DNA of 64,000 nt from Psilocybe cubensis (lineage: Eukaryota): positions 1,426,001 through 1,490,000 of the forward strand of contig CM039007.1 in assembly GCA_017499595.2 (NCBI GenBank). Direction: 5' to 3'. The notes below the pieces were generated by a model that was not told the origin of the DNA, did no database searches, and saw only the letters and a program-made list of their open reading frames with translations. Position numbers and translations under genes: made by a program. Positions 53,063 through 64,000 of this stretch are shown piece after piece; within the stretch, counting starts at the first letter, position 1, and the number at the start of each line of letters is the position of its first letter.

Positions 53063-55409
53063 GATGATGTTCGAGATATTTGAGTGAGGGATACGACCAG
53101 AGTAGACGTTTGATGCAGAACAGTGGTAATGGACGACGCGTGCAGAAGATCGAGTAAGTGGATGTATAAAATGTTATGTGTGTCAAGTCCTTCTACGACG
53201 ACATCCGTGCCTCTGTAGATGGTACGAGAGGAATCATAAGATAAATGTATTTTAATTGTCGACAGAATCAAAATGACGCACCGTCCGGCCCTGCAGCTGC
53301 TCTGATGATGTGCAAGCAATGCCTCTCCTTGATATATACGCAAAGCAAATGCGATGGTGAGAAGACAAAAAGCAGATAGCGCGCTCACAGGCTGGTGGTG
53401 TTCGTCAGCGCCGAATGCGGATCGAGCGGAAATCAATTCCTCGAGAACAAGAAGAAAAAAATAATCACAACGATTTGAAAAGGAGAAATGAAAAGCAATC
53501 GGCTTTACTTATCATCCTAGATATCGCTGGTTAAAAAATGCCGAGCCTGGGCTTTTTAACTTACTGGGCTTCAACTTACGTGAAATGGATGCATGGTGCA
53601 GTCGGAGTCGGACAAGCGAGCTGAACGTGTAAACCGCATTGAAATGGAAGCTGAAAACGAATAAGCTATTATGTTAGACCTGTAGCCTGTGTCAATCTAT
53701 TCTAAAGAACAAGCTGTACATTGAAGACGGTGACCTGTTGCCTCGAACGTTGTTGCAGTGGGGAATCGTTCTACGTAAGACCTCTAAGACAAACTCAATG
53801 AATTGTCAAGATAAGCCACGCTGTACACGCATGTGTGCACCGCAATTACGGACGTGAGTCAGGCACAAGGCGAGAGTATTAGTACTTGTACCGCAGTGTT
53901 GGGTTGTGCAGTAGTTTTGGGACCTGGTAACAAGGTATATTGGTGAACTAAAATCGTACGAAATGGTCCGAAGATCGACACATTGAGGCTTGAAGTTGGT
54001 TCCGGTGGAAACTGGAGAGAAAGAGTGTGATAATTGTCTGCAGCCGATTCGTTGAGCAAGGGATTCTTATCGTGTACACCAGTCTGGACATTCATTTTCG
54101 CTGCACCGGCCATTAGTACCCTTAATCATTGGTGGATGTGTGGGTTGTGAACGCGAGCTATGCAGCATGGAGAGAAAAGTTCGAGACGGATGACTGGATG
54201 TTCGCGGAGGCAAGGCGTGGCAGAAAAGGGCGGAAACAGTCGGCGAAATTTTGAAAAAACACGTGGAACTTGATGACAAAGTCGATCATATTTGAATTTG
54301 GGTTTGTTCCGTCATTGCCTCCGAGCTCGTGCATCAGTTTCTATCAGCCTGCTTCACACCAACAGGACCAAGCTTTGCTGTTTAAATACTGCAACGACGA
54401 GCGGCCACGTCGGTTCAGGCAGGTGCAGCACCGGTGAAGGTGACCACAGCTCCTATTTCCTGTCGGTGTATCGGTGATATCTTAGGTTTGCTTGTCTGCA
54501 GATAGTAGGCACGCTACTGACAGGGGTCAAGCACGACAACTTCGCATGGCCGAAGGCAACCCAAATCAAAGGGCGGTTCCCTCGGAATTCCCAATATCAT
54601 AGCTCAGGAGTAATGTGGCCCGATCTACCTCGTCAATCAAAATGCTAAATAAAGACTAAAATATCTCAGGGCATGGCCACACACGACTCTATTTTTGCAA
54701 TTAGGCGCTTATTGTGTTTTGATCACGGGTTTGGTGGGTGTTGTACCCCATCATCTGTTTTGCTTCCTTGACCGTCAGAAATTGAGCCACTGACCAGGAC
54801 CTGAAGCCTGTCCGCTAAACAGTTATTAAAGTTGAAATTCTAACCTCCTATTATAATATAAAGCCTGGGCGTCAATATTCTACAGCTGTAAAACACTTTT
54901 TTCAGATCATTTTGTTAAAGAAATCACTAGATTGTTCAAAGTTCCCAATTTCCTTGAAGAATTAAGCCGACAGCAGTGGCTTTGGCAAAGCTTAAATGGC
55001 CTATCAATCTTCTTTCGGCAGTCGCGGTTGGCCCGTCCCAAACTGGTGTTCCCATCCTCGCATTGTAAGTGTGCCACTGAGAATGTAAAGAGATTGCACG
55101 GCCTGCTTTAAAGACTGGATATTTTTTCATCGCACTTTACACGTATACGCGCCCGCTTATCCCATACATTCACGACACTGTAATCTCTTTTAGCGACAAT
55201 GACAATGTGGACAAAGACCTCTAGATTCTACAGTTGTGTAACACCACCAACAGCGCCGTCGAGTTCCGAGAGCTTGAGTTCGAACAACCAAGAGAGCATA
55301 CACATACGCACTATCGAGACCATCCTGTTTGAGGGTCCGGAGAAAGGAAAATTTTTGACCTTGAATGAACTTCAGGATATATCTGTAGAAGACCTAGAAG
55401 AATGGATGG

Positions 55410-55591
55410 TGTTGTAAGTAAAATGCGCAGTGGTGGTAAAAGGTATCAACGTTCACGACGTAGCTACACGGTTGTACCTACAGTAACTACGGAACCTATA
55501 GTAGAATAATCTAGAAAAGACGTGATAAGATAACTACAATAGAAAGATAATGACTTAGCGACGAAGTCGCTCGCCGACTATGATTCCAACA
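55410..55591 (-). repeat. 3' LTR of the Copia element
   Basis: Identical by eye to 59871-60052; adjacent to the PPT. Confidence 0.97.
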
Positions 55592-55598
55592 CTCCCCC

Positions 55599-58500
55599 TT
55601 AGTCGGCCAAAACTCCCAACTGCAAAATGAAACCGTCGTGTGCAACTCGAGGTAAGGCCTTCGTAAATATATCCGCCAAATTGTTTGAAGTGTTGATGTA
55701 AACAGTGTCGAGCGTCTTCTTCTCCACCAAGTCGCGTAGGAAATGAAATGCAATGTCAATGTGCTTCGTACGGGCATGGAATTCTGGATGATGCGCAATT
55801 GAAATGGCTGCCGTATTGTCGGTAAAGATGGTTGACGTCGACGGAATGTGGAAACCGAGCTCCGTGAAGAGTGAGCGGTGCCATAAGACTTGCTTCGCCG
55901 CATGTGTTGTGGAAACGTATTCGGCTTCAGCGGTTGAAAGTGCGACCGTATTCTGTTTCTTCGAGCTCCATGCCACAGCGCCGCCTGCTATCGTAACCAC
56001 GTATCCGCTAGTCGATTTCCGATCGTAGTTTTCAGCCCAATCGGTGTCGCAATAAACATTGAGATTTACGTCCAAAACTTGCGAGTCGCCGCCGTAAGTG
56101 AGTTTGTGATTGCGCGTGCCCTTCAGATAGCGAAATATACGTTTGACAGCGGTCCAATGAGTCGATTTCGGCTTGCTGGTGAATTGCGCGAGTTTGTATA
56201 CCGCAAACGCGATGTCTGGACGAGTTCCGAGTGCCAGATACATGAGTGAGCCAATGACCGTTGCATAACTGAATCCTAAACGCAAATTAACCTCCCCCTG
56301 ACCGTCTCCATCCTCCCGAACACCTTCATCCTTATCCAATCGCACGTTCGGGTCCATAGGCGTCGAAACGGGGTTCGCGTCTTGTAAACCAAACTTCTCA
56401 AGGAGTTTGTCGATGTAGTGTGCTTGCGAGAGCGAAATGTAATGGTCCTTTTGCTCGAGCTTGAACCCTAGCATCATCGAGGGCTGACCCATCGATTTAA
56501 CGTCGAATTTCGAGCCTAATTCTCGCTCCAGCTGGTCGTTGAGCGAGTCGTTCGTTGAGAAACTGATTATGTCGTCCACCCAGGTAACCAAAATCGTAAA
56601 ATCGCCGTTTTCAGCTCGACGGATGTAGCAGCAGTAATCGCTCTTGAGTTTCGTAAAACCGAATGAAGTGAGAGCGTTATTGAGTTCATGGTTCCATACG
56701 TTTCCTGCCTGCTTGAGACCGTAAAGCGAACGAATGAGACGGCATGCCTGACCAGTGCCATCATCATAACCGGGTGGTTGGACCATATAAATCTCCTCCG
56801 AGATGTAACCGTGCAAATATGCACCCTTTATATCGAATTGACGCATCTTGAGATTGTGTACGGCCGAATATGCGAGTAGCGAGCGTAGTGTGTCGAATCG
56901 CATGACTGGTGCGAATGTTCCGTCCTCGCTGTAGTCTGTACCAGGTCTCTGAGAGCATCCCTGAACGACTAGTCGGGCCTTGTACTTGATGACGTTCCCG
57001 TTTTCGTCCCGTTTCTTCGCGTAGACCCAACGGCATCCAACCAGTTTCCTTCCATCCGGAATCTTCATCATCTCCCAAGTACCCATCCGTAAAAGCGTCT
57101 CGATTTCTTCGTCCATAGCTGCCTTCCACGCAGCTGCCTCACAGCTTTCCAAAGCTTCTTCAAGTGTCCGAGGTACGTCCGATTCACGCATGGCAAATAC
57201 ACGTTCCGAATCGTCTAAAATCGCGCCCCACAGCTGTTCTTTGACGACGTTTGCTTGCTCCGTTGCTGTAGACTTTGCGCTCGAGGTCTCGGTCGATTTT
57301 GTAGCGATTTGTGGTGCGTTTGGAGTCGTTTGGGATCGTGTAGTCGGTAAACGAGCATTCGGGTTGTTTGCCTTCTTGTAATCGATGAAATTGTGTTCAC
57401 GAGCTGATCGACGTATGCTGGGCTGTGGAATCGGTGCTGTAGACGAAATAGGTTCGTTCTTGACGGTTTCTGGCTCGTTTTCGCTGGATTTAACGTCTGT
57501 CGATTCGTTACGCTCCCCCTCAGACGATAATCCAGGAATTTCGACGTTCTGCGGCGTTTCGTTTTCGTTAAACGATACGTTTCGCGATGACTTCACTGTG
57601 CGCGATTTGGGATCGTAATAACGCACAGACTTCGAGCCTTCGTTAAAACCAACGAATACCATCTTCTTCGACCGTGGCTTGAGCTTCGAAAGCCCCTTCG
57701 TCTCGTCTAACACCCATACATCGCATCCGAACTCCCGAAGGTGAGAAACATCCGGTTTCTTGTTGTGCCAGCCTTCATATGGTGTCTTGTCGTCGAGTGC
57801 TCGAGTAGGCGCGCGGTTGCGTAAATAATTCGCGTAATTGACCGCTTCGTCCCAGAGAAAGAGAGGTAAATTCTTTGCAATAATCATCGCACGTGCTAGC
57901 TCCAACAGCGTACGATTGTAGCGCTCTGCGACGCCGTTCTGAGATGGGGAATATGGCGCCGTCGTCTCGATTTCAATGCCTCTCTCCGCCGCCCACTTCT
58001 TAATCCGCTCGTTCACGAGTTCCTTGCCATTGTCCATGCGAATGTACCTCGGATACTGCCCAAACCTCCTCTTCACTCGCTCCCCATGATTCTCAATCGC
58101 CTTTGCCGCCTCCTTCTTGTCCTTCAAGAAAACCACGCCATTGTATCGCTTCGCGTCGTCCATAAACGTAATGTAGTAATAAAATCCATTTACCGAGCGT
58201 GTTCCGATAGGACCCCATACGTCGCTCATGGTTCGCTCTCCAGGAACCGTGGATCGATTTTCTGCTTCTCCAGGGAAAGGTTTATGCGTCTGCTTCGCTT
58301 GGATGCACGCCTCGCACGATGGGGATGGAATAGACGTTTCGTCCACGGAAAGACCAACGACGAGATCGTTCCGGACGAGTTTCTGCAACGACGACACTGA
58401 GATATGGCCAAAACGACGATGCCATTGATCCCAGGTGAGTTTTGGCGAGACGTAGTTGACCTGTTCCCCTGAATTAAGCTGAGCGCGAGCGTGAAGAATA

Positions 58501-59768
58501 TACATCTGACCGCGTTTCGACCCTTTTCCAATAACCTTATCCTTCGCATCCATCAAAAGAACCTTCCCATTCTTAAACGACGAGCTCCTCCCATCCCTCT
58601 CAAACCTTCCGAGCGACATCAAAGCATTTTCGGCTTCAGGGATGTGTAAAACGTCTTTCAAACGATGAGTAATCGTCTGCCCGTCGACATCGAAGTTGAG
58701 GATGACTGTTCCGCGGCCTGCAATGATAGCTGGACTCTTTCCGACACCACGAACGGAGGAATTAACAAGTGGCGTATACTCGATGAAGGCTTCACGGACG
58801 GGACAAACGTGACTGGTGGTTGCAGAATCGTAAAGCCAGTCGTAACAAGAGAAGTTTGACGTTGAGTACGTGTGGTACGCAACCTCATTGTTGAGCGTAG
58901 TGTTGACGTCCTCCCGAGCCTGATTCGTCCGCCCTCTATTCTTCGTCTTCCGCCCCCTCGGACCCTTTCCTTCACGACCTCCGCCCTTTGCCCAGCAATC
59001 CTTCGAAATGTGCCCCATCTTGTGGCAATTATAGCACTCCTTCCCGCCGCTGCCATCCCTCGAACCATTACCCTTTCCATCCGACGACCCTTGACCTCCA
59101 CGAACTTGAAGCGTAGTCCCTCCGGCACCATCACCTCCACGCTCCTTCCGACGACGAGCTTCTTCAAGGAGAACACCAACGAGCTCTTGCGAAGTGAGCG
59201 TAGGACGATTCCCGCTCGAGCCCAAAAAGGATGACGCATAATTCTCCCAAGATTCCGGCAACGAGGTGAGCAAAATCATGACGAAATCTTCGTCCGAAAC
59301 AATGCTGCCCATGATGTGCAGCTCCTCCTGGAATTGACGTAGCTTTGCGATGTGCTCTGCCATGTCGCATCCCTCCTCTGCGGTTGCCCGGAAAAGTGCT
59401 CGTCGTGTCGCCAAAACACCGAGTCGTCCCTTGGATTCCTTCACTGTGCACAACTGCGTCCACATCTCGCGTGCCGTGCGCGCTCCCAGGACGTGTACCA
59501 TCTCCGCATCGCTTAACGCGAGTTCGATCCTGCATCGCGCTTTCGCATCTCCCTTATCCCACGCTGTCTGAGCTGCGATTTCTTCCGCCGTGGGTGCGTT
59601 CGGTTTCGCTGATCCTGGTCGAAGCGACGTGCCGTCCACGTATTTCTCCAGTCCGAGGTCCACCAGTACTGCTAGCATGCGCCGCTTCCACGGCATCCAA
59701 TTGTGGGCCTTCAGTGTGTCGATGCGATATCCGCCGATGTTGACTTCCGCGGTTGTCGAGTCGGCCAT
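55599..59768 (-). CDS. Copia gag-pol polyprotein (gag, zinc knuckle, protease, integrase, RT, RNase H)
   Basis: 1389 aa in Copia domain order: CYNCHKMGHISKDC, WLYDSATTSH, WHRRFGH..CEAC, SDVWGP/MDNGKE/NGVAER, YKARLV, LYGLKQA, WVDDI, YCDTDWA and TAEAEY. Confidence 0.97.
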   Translation of the reverse strand: MADSTTAEVNIGGYRIDTLKAHNWMPWKRRMLAVLVDLGLEKYVDGTSLRPGSAKPNAPTAEEIAAQTAWDKGDAKARCRIELALSDAEMVHVLGARTAREMWTQLCTVKESKGRLGVLATRRALFRATAEEGCDMAEHIAKLRQFQEELHIMGSIVSDEDFVMILLTSLPESWENYASSFLGSSGNRPTLTSQELVGVLLEEARRRKERGGDGAGGTTLQVRGGQGSSDGKGNGSRDGSGGKECYNCHKMGHISKDCWAKGGGREGKGPRGRKTKNRGRTNQAREDVNTTLNNEVAYHTYSTSNFSCYDWLYDSATTSHVCPVREAFIEYTPLVNSSVRGVGKSPAIIAGRGTVILNFDVDGQTITHRLKDVLHIPEAENALMSLGRFERDGRSSSFKNGKVLLMDAKDKVIGKGSKRGQMYILHARAQLNSGEQVNYVSPKLTWDQWHRRFGHISVSSLQKLVRNDLVVGLSVDETSIPSPSCEACIQAKQTHKPFPGEAENRSTVPGERTMSDVWGPIGTRSVNGFYYYITFMDDAKRYNGVVFLKDKKEAAKAIENHGERVKRRFGQYPRYIRMDNGKELVNERIKKWAAERGIEIETTAPYSPSQNGVAERYNRTLLELARAMIIAKNLPLFLWDEAVNYANYLRNRAPTRALDDKTPYEGWHNKKPDVSHLREFGCDVWVLDETKGLSKLKPRSKKMVFVGFNEGSKSVRYYDPKSRTVKSSRNVSFNENETPQNVEIPGLSSEGERNESTDVKSSENEPETVKNEPISSTAPIPQPSIRRSAREHNFIDYKKANNPNARLPTTRSQTTPNAPQIATKSTETSSAKSTATEQANVVKEQLWGAILDDSERVFAMRESDVPRTLEEALESCEAAAWKAAMDEEIETLLRMGTWEMMKIPDGRKLVGCRWVYAKKRDENGNVIKYKARLVVQGCSQRPGTDYSEDGTFAPVMRFDTLRSLLAYSAVHNLKMRQFDIKGAYLHGYISEEIYMVQPPGYDDGTGQACRLIRSLYGLKQAGNVWNHELNNALTSFGFTKLKSDYCCYIRRAENGDFTILVTWVDDIISFSTNDSLNDQLERELGSKFDVKSMGQPSMMLGFKLEQKDHYISLSQAHYIDKLLEKFGLQDANPVSTPMDPNVRLDKDEGVREDGDGQGEVNLRLGFSYATVIGSLMYLALGTRPDIAFAVYKLAQFTSKPKSTHWTAVKRIFRYLKGTRNHKLTYGGDSQVLDVNLNVYCDTDWAENYDRKSTSGYVVTIAGGAVAWSSKKQNTVALSTAEAEYVSTTHAAKQVLWHRSLFTELGFHIPSTSTIFTDNTAAISIAHHPEFHARTKHIDIAFHFLRDLVEKKTLDTVYINTSNNLADIFTKALPRVAHDGFILQLGVLAD

Positions 59769-59858
59769 TTGACGTCGAGTGCGAGTGCAAGTTTAGATAT
59801 AGATCGATAAGAATAGAACGAGTTTAAAAACAAAGCGAGCTTTAGTTATGACCTCTCG

Positions 59859-59870
59859 GGGCCCATAACC
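59859..59870 (-). other. Primer-binding site of the Copia element
   Basis: GGTTATGGGCCC lies immediately inside the 5' LTR and resembles the Drosophila copia-type PBS complementary to an internal part of initiator tRNA-Met. Confidence 0.8.
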
Positions 59871-60052
59871 TGTTGTAAGTAAAATGCGCAGTGGTGGTAA
59901 AAGGTATCAACGTTCACGACGTAGCTACACGGTTGTACCTACAGTAACTACGGAACCTATAGTAGAATAATCTAGAAAAGACGTGATAAGATAACTACAA
60001 TAGAAAGATAATGACTTAGCGACGAAGTCGCTCGCCGACTATGATTCCAACA
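59871..60052 (-). repeat. 5' LTR of the Copia element
   Basis: Identical by eye to 55410-55591; adjacent to the PBS. Confidence 0.97.
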
Positions 60053-60763
60053 GATGGAGAGAAAAGATGTCGGTTCTACCATTCGCGACATGAAACTTGA
60101 TGTTCGCATATCTGTGAGTTGAATATAATCAAGTCCGGTGGAATTTCTCGCTGACTGTGGGTTGGTACAGTGGCCTGGCTACGAGAGGTACGATGTAATC
60201 CAGAATCACCACCTCACCGTCAGTAGTTCAACAGCAGTTTTGGCGAAAGCCTTGTCCGGTATCGTCATTGACTACATAAAGGTTAGTTCCTTTGCAACCG
60301 CGCACCTACGCGAAATCCTGACTGATGTCGCGTCTACGTGTTCACAGAGCAAACAGACACCAGCATATACGATAAGCTTGGAACACAGAGGGCATGTTCA
60401 CGACATCAATCGACCTAGAATTAGTGGAAGTCCTAAGGTGGTCTATAAGTCCGATTTTTCGCTCCGCAATGTCTCCTTGCATGGCGTTCGGTATGTGTAT
60501 GATGAACGGTCGGATAAGTTTTACTTGAAGCCGTTGATCAGGGTGTATGGCTATACGAATGGCTTGTACCTGTGAAAGACAGAATGTTTTGTAGAATTTG
60601 TTTAGCAATAAGAGTTAAATGCAAAGTCAACAGGTTCAGTGATAACCCCGAGCGCGCGCTTGCGGCGATACGGCGCGGCGGGATGTGTGATCACGTGCTC
60701 AAGAGAAAGAAATTTGAAGGAAAGAATTGTTGGGTGTAAACTACGACTAACTAACTACGACTA

Positions 60764-63700
60764 ATGATACCTAGAACTGCGCGGAGACGACTTGAGGCGA
60801 CTTTGCTGTCTGCTCGTCAGTCTCTCCCCCGCCCCGCACGCCTCTACTCTACCCCCACCAAAAGGCACAATGCGCCCGCCACAGCGTCTGCCACGATACC
60901 CACCCCAGACTCCTACCCCCCTTTTATTCCCCAAAACAACTCCCAGCATGACGAGCTCAGCGCTTTCCTCCACAGAGAAACGTCGCTGACCCTCCTGCCC
61001 ACCCCAGAGCCAGGCACGTCCCTCTCCAAGGAGGCCGAGCGCTGGTTCGTCGACTCGTCGTCCCTCGACATGGCCGGCATCATCGACGCGTGTCTGCACA
61101 ACCTCCATGATGTGCCCCGTGCACACTCCGTCTTCCAGCGCTTGCGCACCAAGGTCGGGTCTACCGTCGTCCAGGCCCACATGTATAACGCCTTTTTGAC
61201 GGCGTATACGGGTATGGCGGAAAAAGAGATCACACAGGAAAAGCGCCAGTATTGGATCGACGAGGCGTGGAAACTGTACGAAGTCTTGGAATCCGAAGCA
61301 GAGGAGGTCAAGCCCAACGCTCAAACGTACAGCTTTATGCTCCTGCTATGGTACAAGTAAGTTGTCGAACTTTTTTTTTTATCTTTTTTTTTCGTCGTCA
61401 TGTGCTCATTCTCATTTTTTTTTCGTTGCGCAGATTCCACTCTGTCCCTGCTAAAAACCTAGGAATTTCTAGTGCTTACGCCACAGGGCCAGATGGACTT
61501 TTGATCAAAATGCATAAGCGCAACATCCCCGTCCTCGACGTCGTCTGCAACTCCGCCATAACCGACCCGGTCGCACTCACAGCAATCGCAAAACGACTCG
61601 CCTTCGACGCCCTCTCACTGGGCTATACCAATGTGCTGCATGACCTTGGACACGCCCCGGACGCCGTCAAAGAGACCAACTCGGAGTACGCCGCCTCCGT
61701 GCCTGACGTGCGGCCCGTGATGGACTCGACGGGCGAGGTGCCGTCCAACATCTCCGGGCTGCGCACGCAGCTCAGCAACCTACAAGACACGCGCGACCTG
61801 CTCAAGAGCGACGCATACGCGCGGCAGCGCCAGCTCGAGTCGTCCGCGTACGACCTCGCGAAGGAGCAACTCGAGCGCCAGCAGCAGGCGTTCGATGAGA
61901 TGGGCCTGACGAGCTCGCTCTCGATCAACGATAACGTGCTCAAGCGCTGGATGTGGGAGTGGCATCTGCGCCTGCGCGATCGGCTGGAGAAGGACCATGC
62001 GAAGCTGAATAAAGGCGAGCATCTGTTCAAAGGCCCCGATCGCGATGTCGAGCCGTATTTGCTCATTCTCAAGCCCGATACGCTCTCGCTGCTTACGATC
62101 CTTGAGGTGATCAGGCTGCATGGCAGCGGAGGCGTTATCAACGGCATGAAAACCGCGCGCGCGATCATCTCCGTTGGTAAAGCCGTCGAGGGCGAGCACA
62201 AGTCGCAGATCTGCAAAAAGACCAATATTCCTATTCCCCCGCAGACACAGCAGAGGTTCAACAATGTGTTTACGCCGAAGGGGTACCAGGCCTTGTTTCA
62301 GCGCCGGATTGCTGCTGCGCAGACGGCGACGGATAATGAGGGCTGGTCGGCCGCATGGAGTCAGGCGCTGCGAGCTAAAGTCGGTTCTGTTCTCGTCGAT
62401 CGTTTGATCGCTGTTGCAGAAGTCCCAATGGAGAAAATCGACCCTCATACCGGTGACAAATTGTACGTCTCCGTACTATTTCCATACCGTTTTCATTTTT
62501 TTTTACTGATACTTTTTTCTCTTTGAAGGGTTGAATCGCATCCTGCGTTTTACCAATCTTACGAATATGTTCGTGGACAAAAGTTGGGTGTTATCAAGTT
62601 GCACAACAGGGTTGTGGAACGATTGGCCCAGGACAATTTGCATCGAACCATCCATCCGCGCCATCTTCCCATGCTTGTGAAACCCAGACCATGGATAGAC
62701 TACAACAACGGCGCCTACCTCATCAACAAAAGTAAGCATCCACTACAGCTGATACATATCATAACCTAATCTAACATCGTGCCTTTTTCTACTTCCAGGC
62801 TACGCCATGCGGTTCAAAGAATCGATGGAACAAGAATCGTACATCAAAGCCGCCACGGAACAAGGAAACCTCGAGCTCGTCTACGCCGGGCTTGATATCC
62901 TAGGCAGCACACCGTGGCGGGTGAACAAGGACATCTTCGATTCGGTGATCAAGGTGTGGAACACGGGAGAACGGATGGGCAAGATCCCGCCTGCGTCGTA
63001 TGAGGAGCCTGAGCCGGTGCTTGCGCCGGAGCTCGCGAAGGATCTGCAGGCGCGCAGTCATCATATTGTGCGACACCGCGCGTGGGCGCAGGAGCAGGCG
63101 AACAATCACTCGGATAGGTGTAGTGTTAATTATAGGCTGGAGATTGCAAAAGCTGTAAGCTTTTATTTTTATTTTATTTTATCTCGGTATCTGACTCGTT
63201 TTACTGATTGTTTTTTTCTTTTGTGGTATGTAGTTCTTGCAGGATGTGTTCTATCTACCGCACAACTTGGACTTCCGCGGGCGCGCGTACCCGATCCCGC
63301 CGCATCTGAACCATATGGGCGACGATCTCTCGCGGGCGTTGATGATGTTCGCCCATGCGAAGCCGCTGGGCGTACGTGGGCTTCGCTGGCTCAAGATCCA
63401 CGCGGCGAATCTGTTCGGGTACGATAAAGCCCGGTTCGACGAGCGTGTTGAGTGGGCTGAGGAGCACTTTGAGCAAATGCGGGAGGCGGCGAAGAACCCG
63501 CTCGATGTACGTATTCTTTTTTGTCAACTTGCATTTTTTCTCATTTTTTTTGTTGTTGTTGATGATGATTAGGGTTCGAGATGGTGGCAAAAGGCAGACG
63601 ACCCCTGGCAATTCCTCGCGGCGTGCATAGAGCTCACCAAGGCACACGAGCTGGAGGACCCGACGACGTACATGTGTGCGCTACCGGTGCACCAGGACGG

Positions 63701-64000
63701 GACGTGTAATGGGCTGCAGCACTACGCGGCGCTGGGCGGAGACACACAGGGCGCGGAGCAGGTCAATCTCGCTGCGGCGGATAAGCCGTCGGATGTGTAT
63801 ACGTTTATTAGTTTGAGAGTGCAGGCTGCTATTGATAAAGATGCGGATAATGGGGTTGATATTGCGAGGATATTGAAGGATAAGATTACGCGAAAGGTCG
63901 TCAAGCAGACGGTTAGTATTATTTTTTTAAAACAATCTCCTGTGATTATCTTTGTTGAGCTCGTCTTTAGGTCATGACGACTGTGTACGGTGTAACGTTC
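60764..64000 (+). CDS. RPO41: Mitochondrial DNA-directed RNA polymerase (T7-like), truncated by the window end
   Basis: Arg-rich targeting peptide, PPR-like segment, PMLVKPRPW, HNLDFRGRAYP, GLRWLKIH, motif A PVHQDGTCNGLQHY and motif B RKVVKQT|VMTTVYGVT. Confidence 0.95.

Larger units (their letters stand above)
55410..60052 (-). mobile_element. Full-length Ty1/Copia LTR retrotransposon
   Basis: 182-bp TG..CA LTRs at 55410-55591 and 59871-60052. 5-bp TSD GATGG, PBS GGTTATGGGCCC, PPT AAGGGGGAG and a single intact gag-pol ORF. Confidence 0.98.
55199..60575 (+). pseudogene. Host hypothetical gene (about 223 aa when reconstituted) interrupted by the Copia insertion
   Basis: 55199-55409 joins 60058-60113 in frame (..EEWM-ERKDVGSTIRDMKLDVRIS). 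A GT-AG intron at 60114-60170 follows, then exon WPGYERY.. to the stop at 60575. Confidence 0.8.

Noticed and set aside
60761-62448. Minus-strand ORFs of 187-222 aa
   Set aside because: Antisense shadows of the GC-rich RPO41 exons.

Overview
Eukaryotic, intron-rich DNA (short GT-AG introns) typical of an agaric/basidiomycete fungus; the taxon is inferred from gene content. Host genes: a two-zinc-finger GATA factor, two tandem alpha/beta-hydrolases, a Ser/Thr-rich single-pass membrane protein, a stand-alone adenylate-forming enzyme, TDP1, a Kelch protein, a BRI3-like protein, two tandem secreted SurE-like phosphatases, a TruA/Pus3 pseudouridine synthase, two multi-pass membrane proteins and the 5' part of the mitochondrial RNA polymerase. 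The most unusual content is two paralogues of the cellular reverse-transcriptase-related rvt gene about 10 kb apart. One has an intact 922-aa spliced ORF but appears to have lost two of the three catalytic aspartates. The other keeps canonical catalytic motifs but is broken by frameshifts. Each has an independent insertion of the same 453-bp hAT-like MITE just upstream. The window also holds a 654-bp TIR element with an 8-bp TSD, and a very recent full-length Ty1/Copia element with identical LTRs that splits a host ORF. All calls come from reading motifs by eye; no database searches were run.
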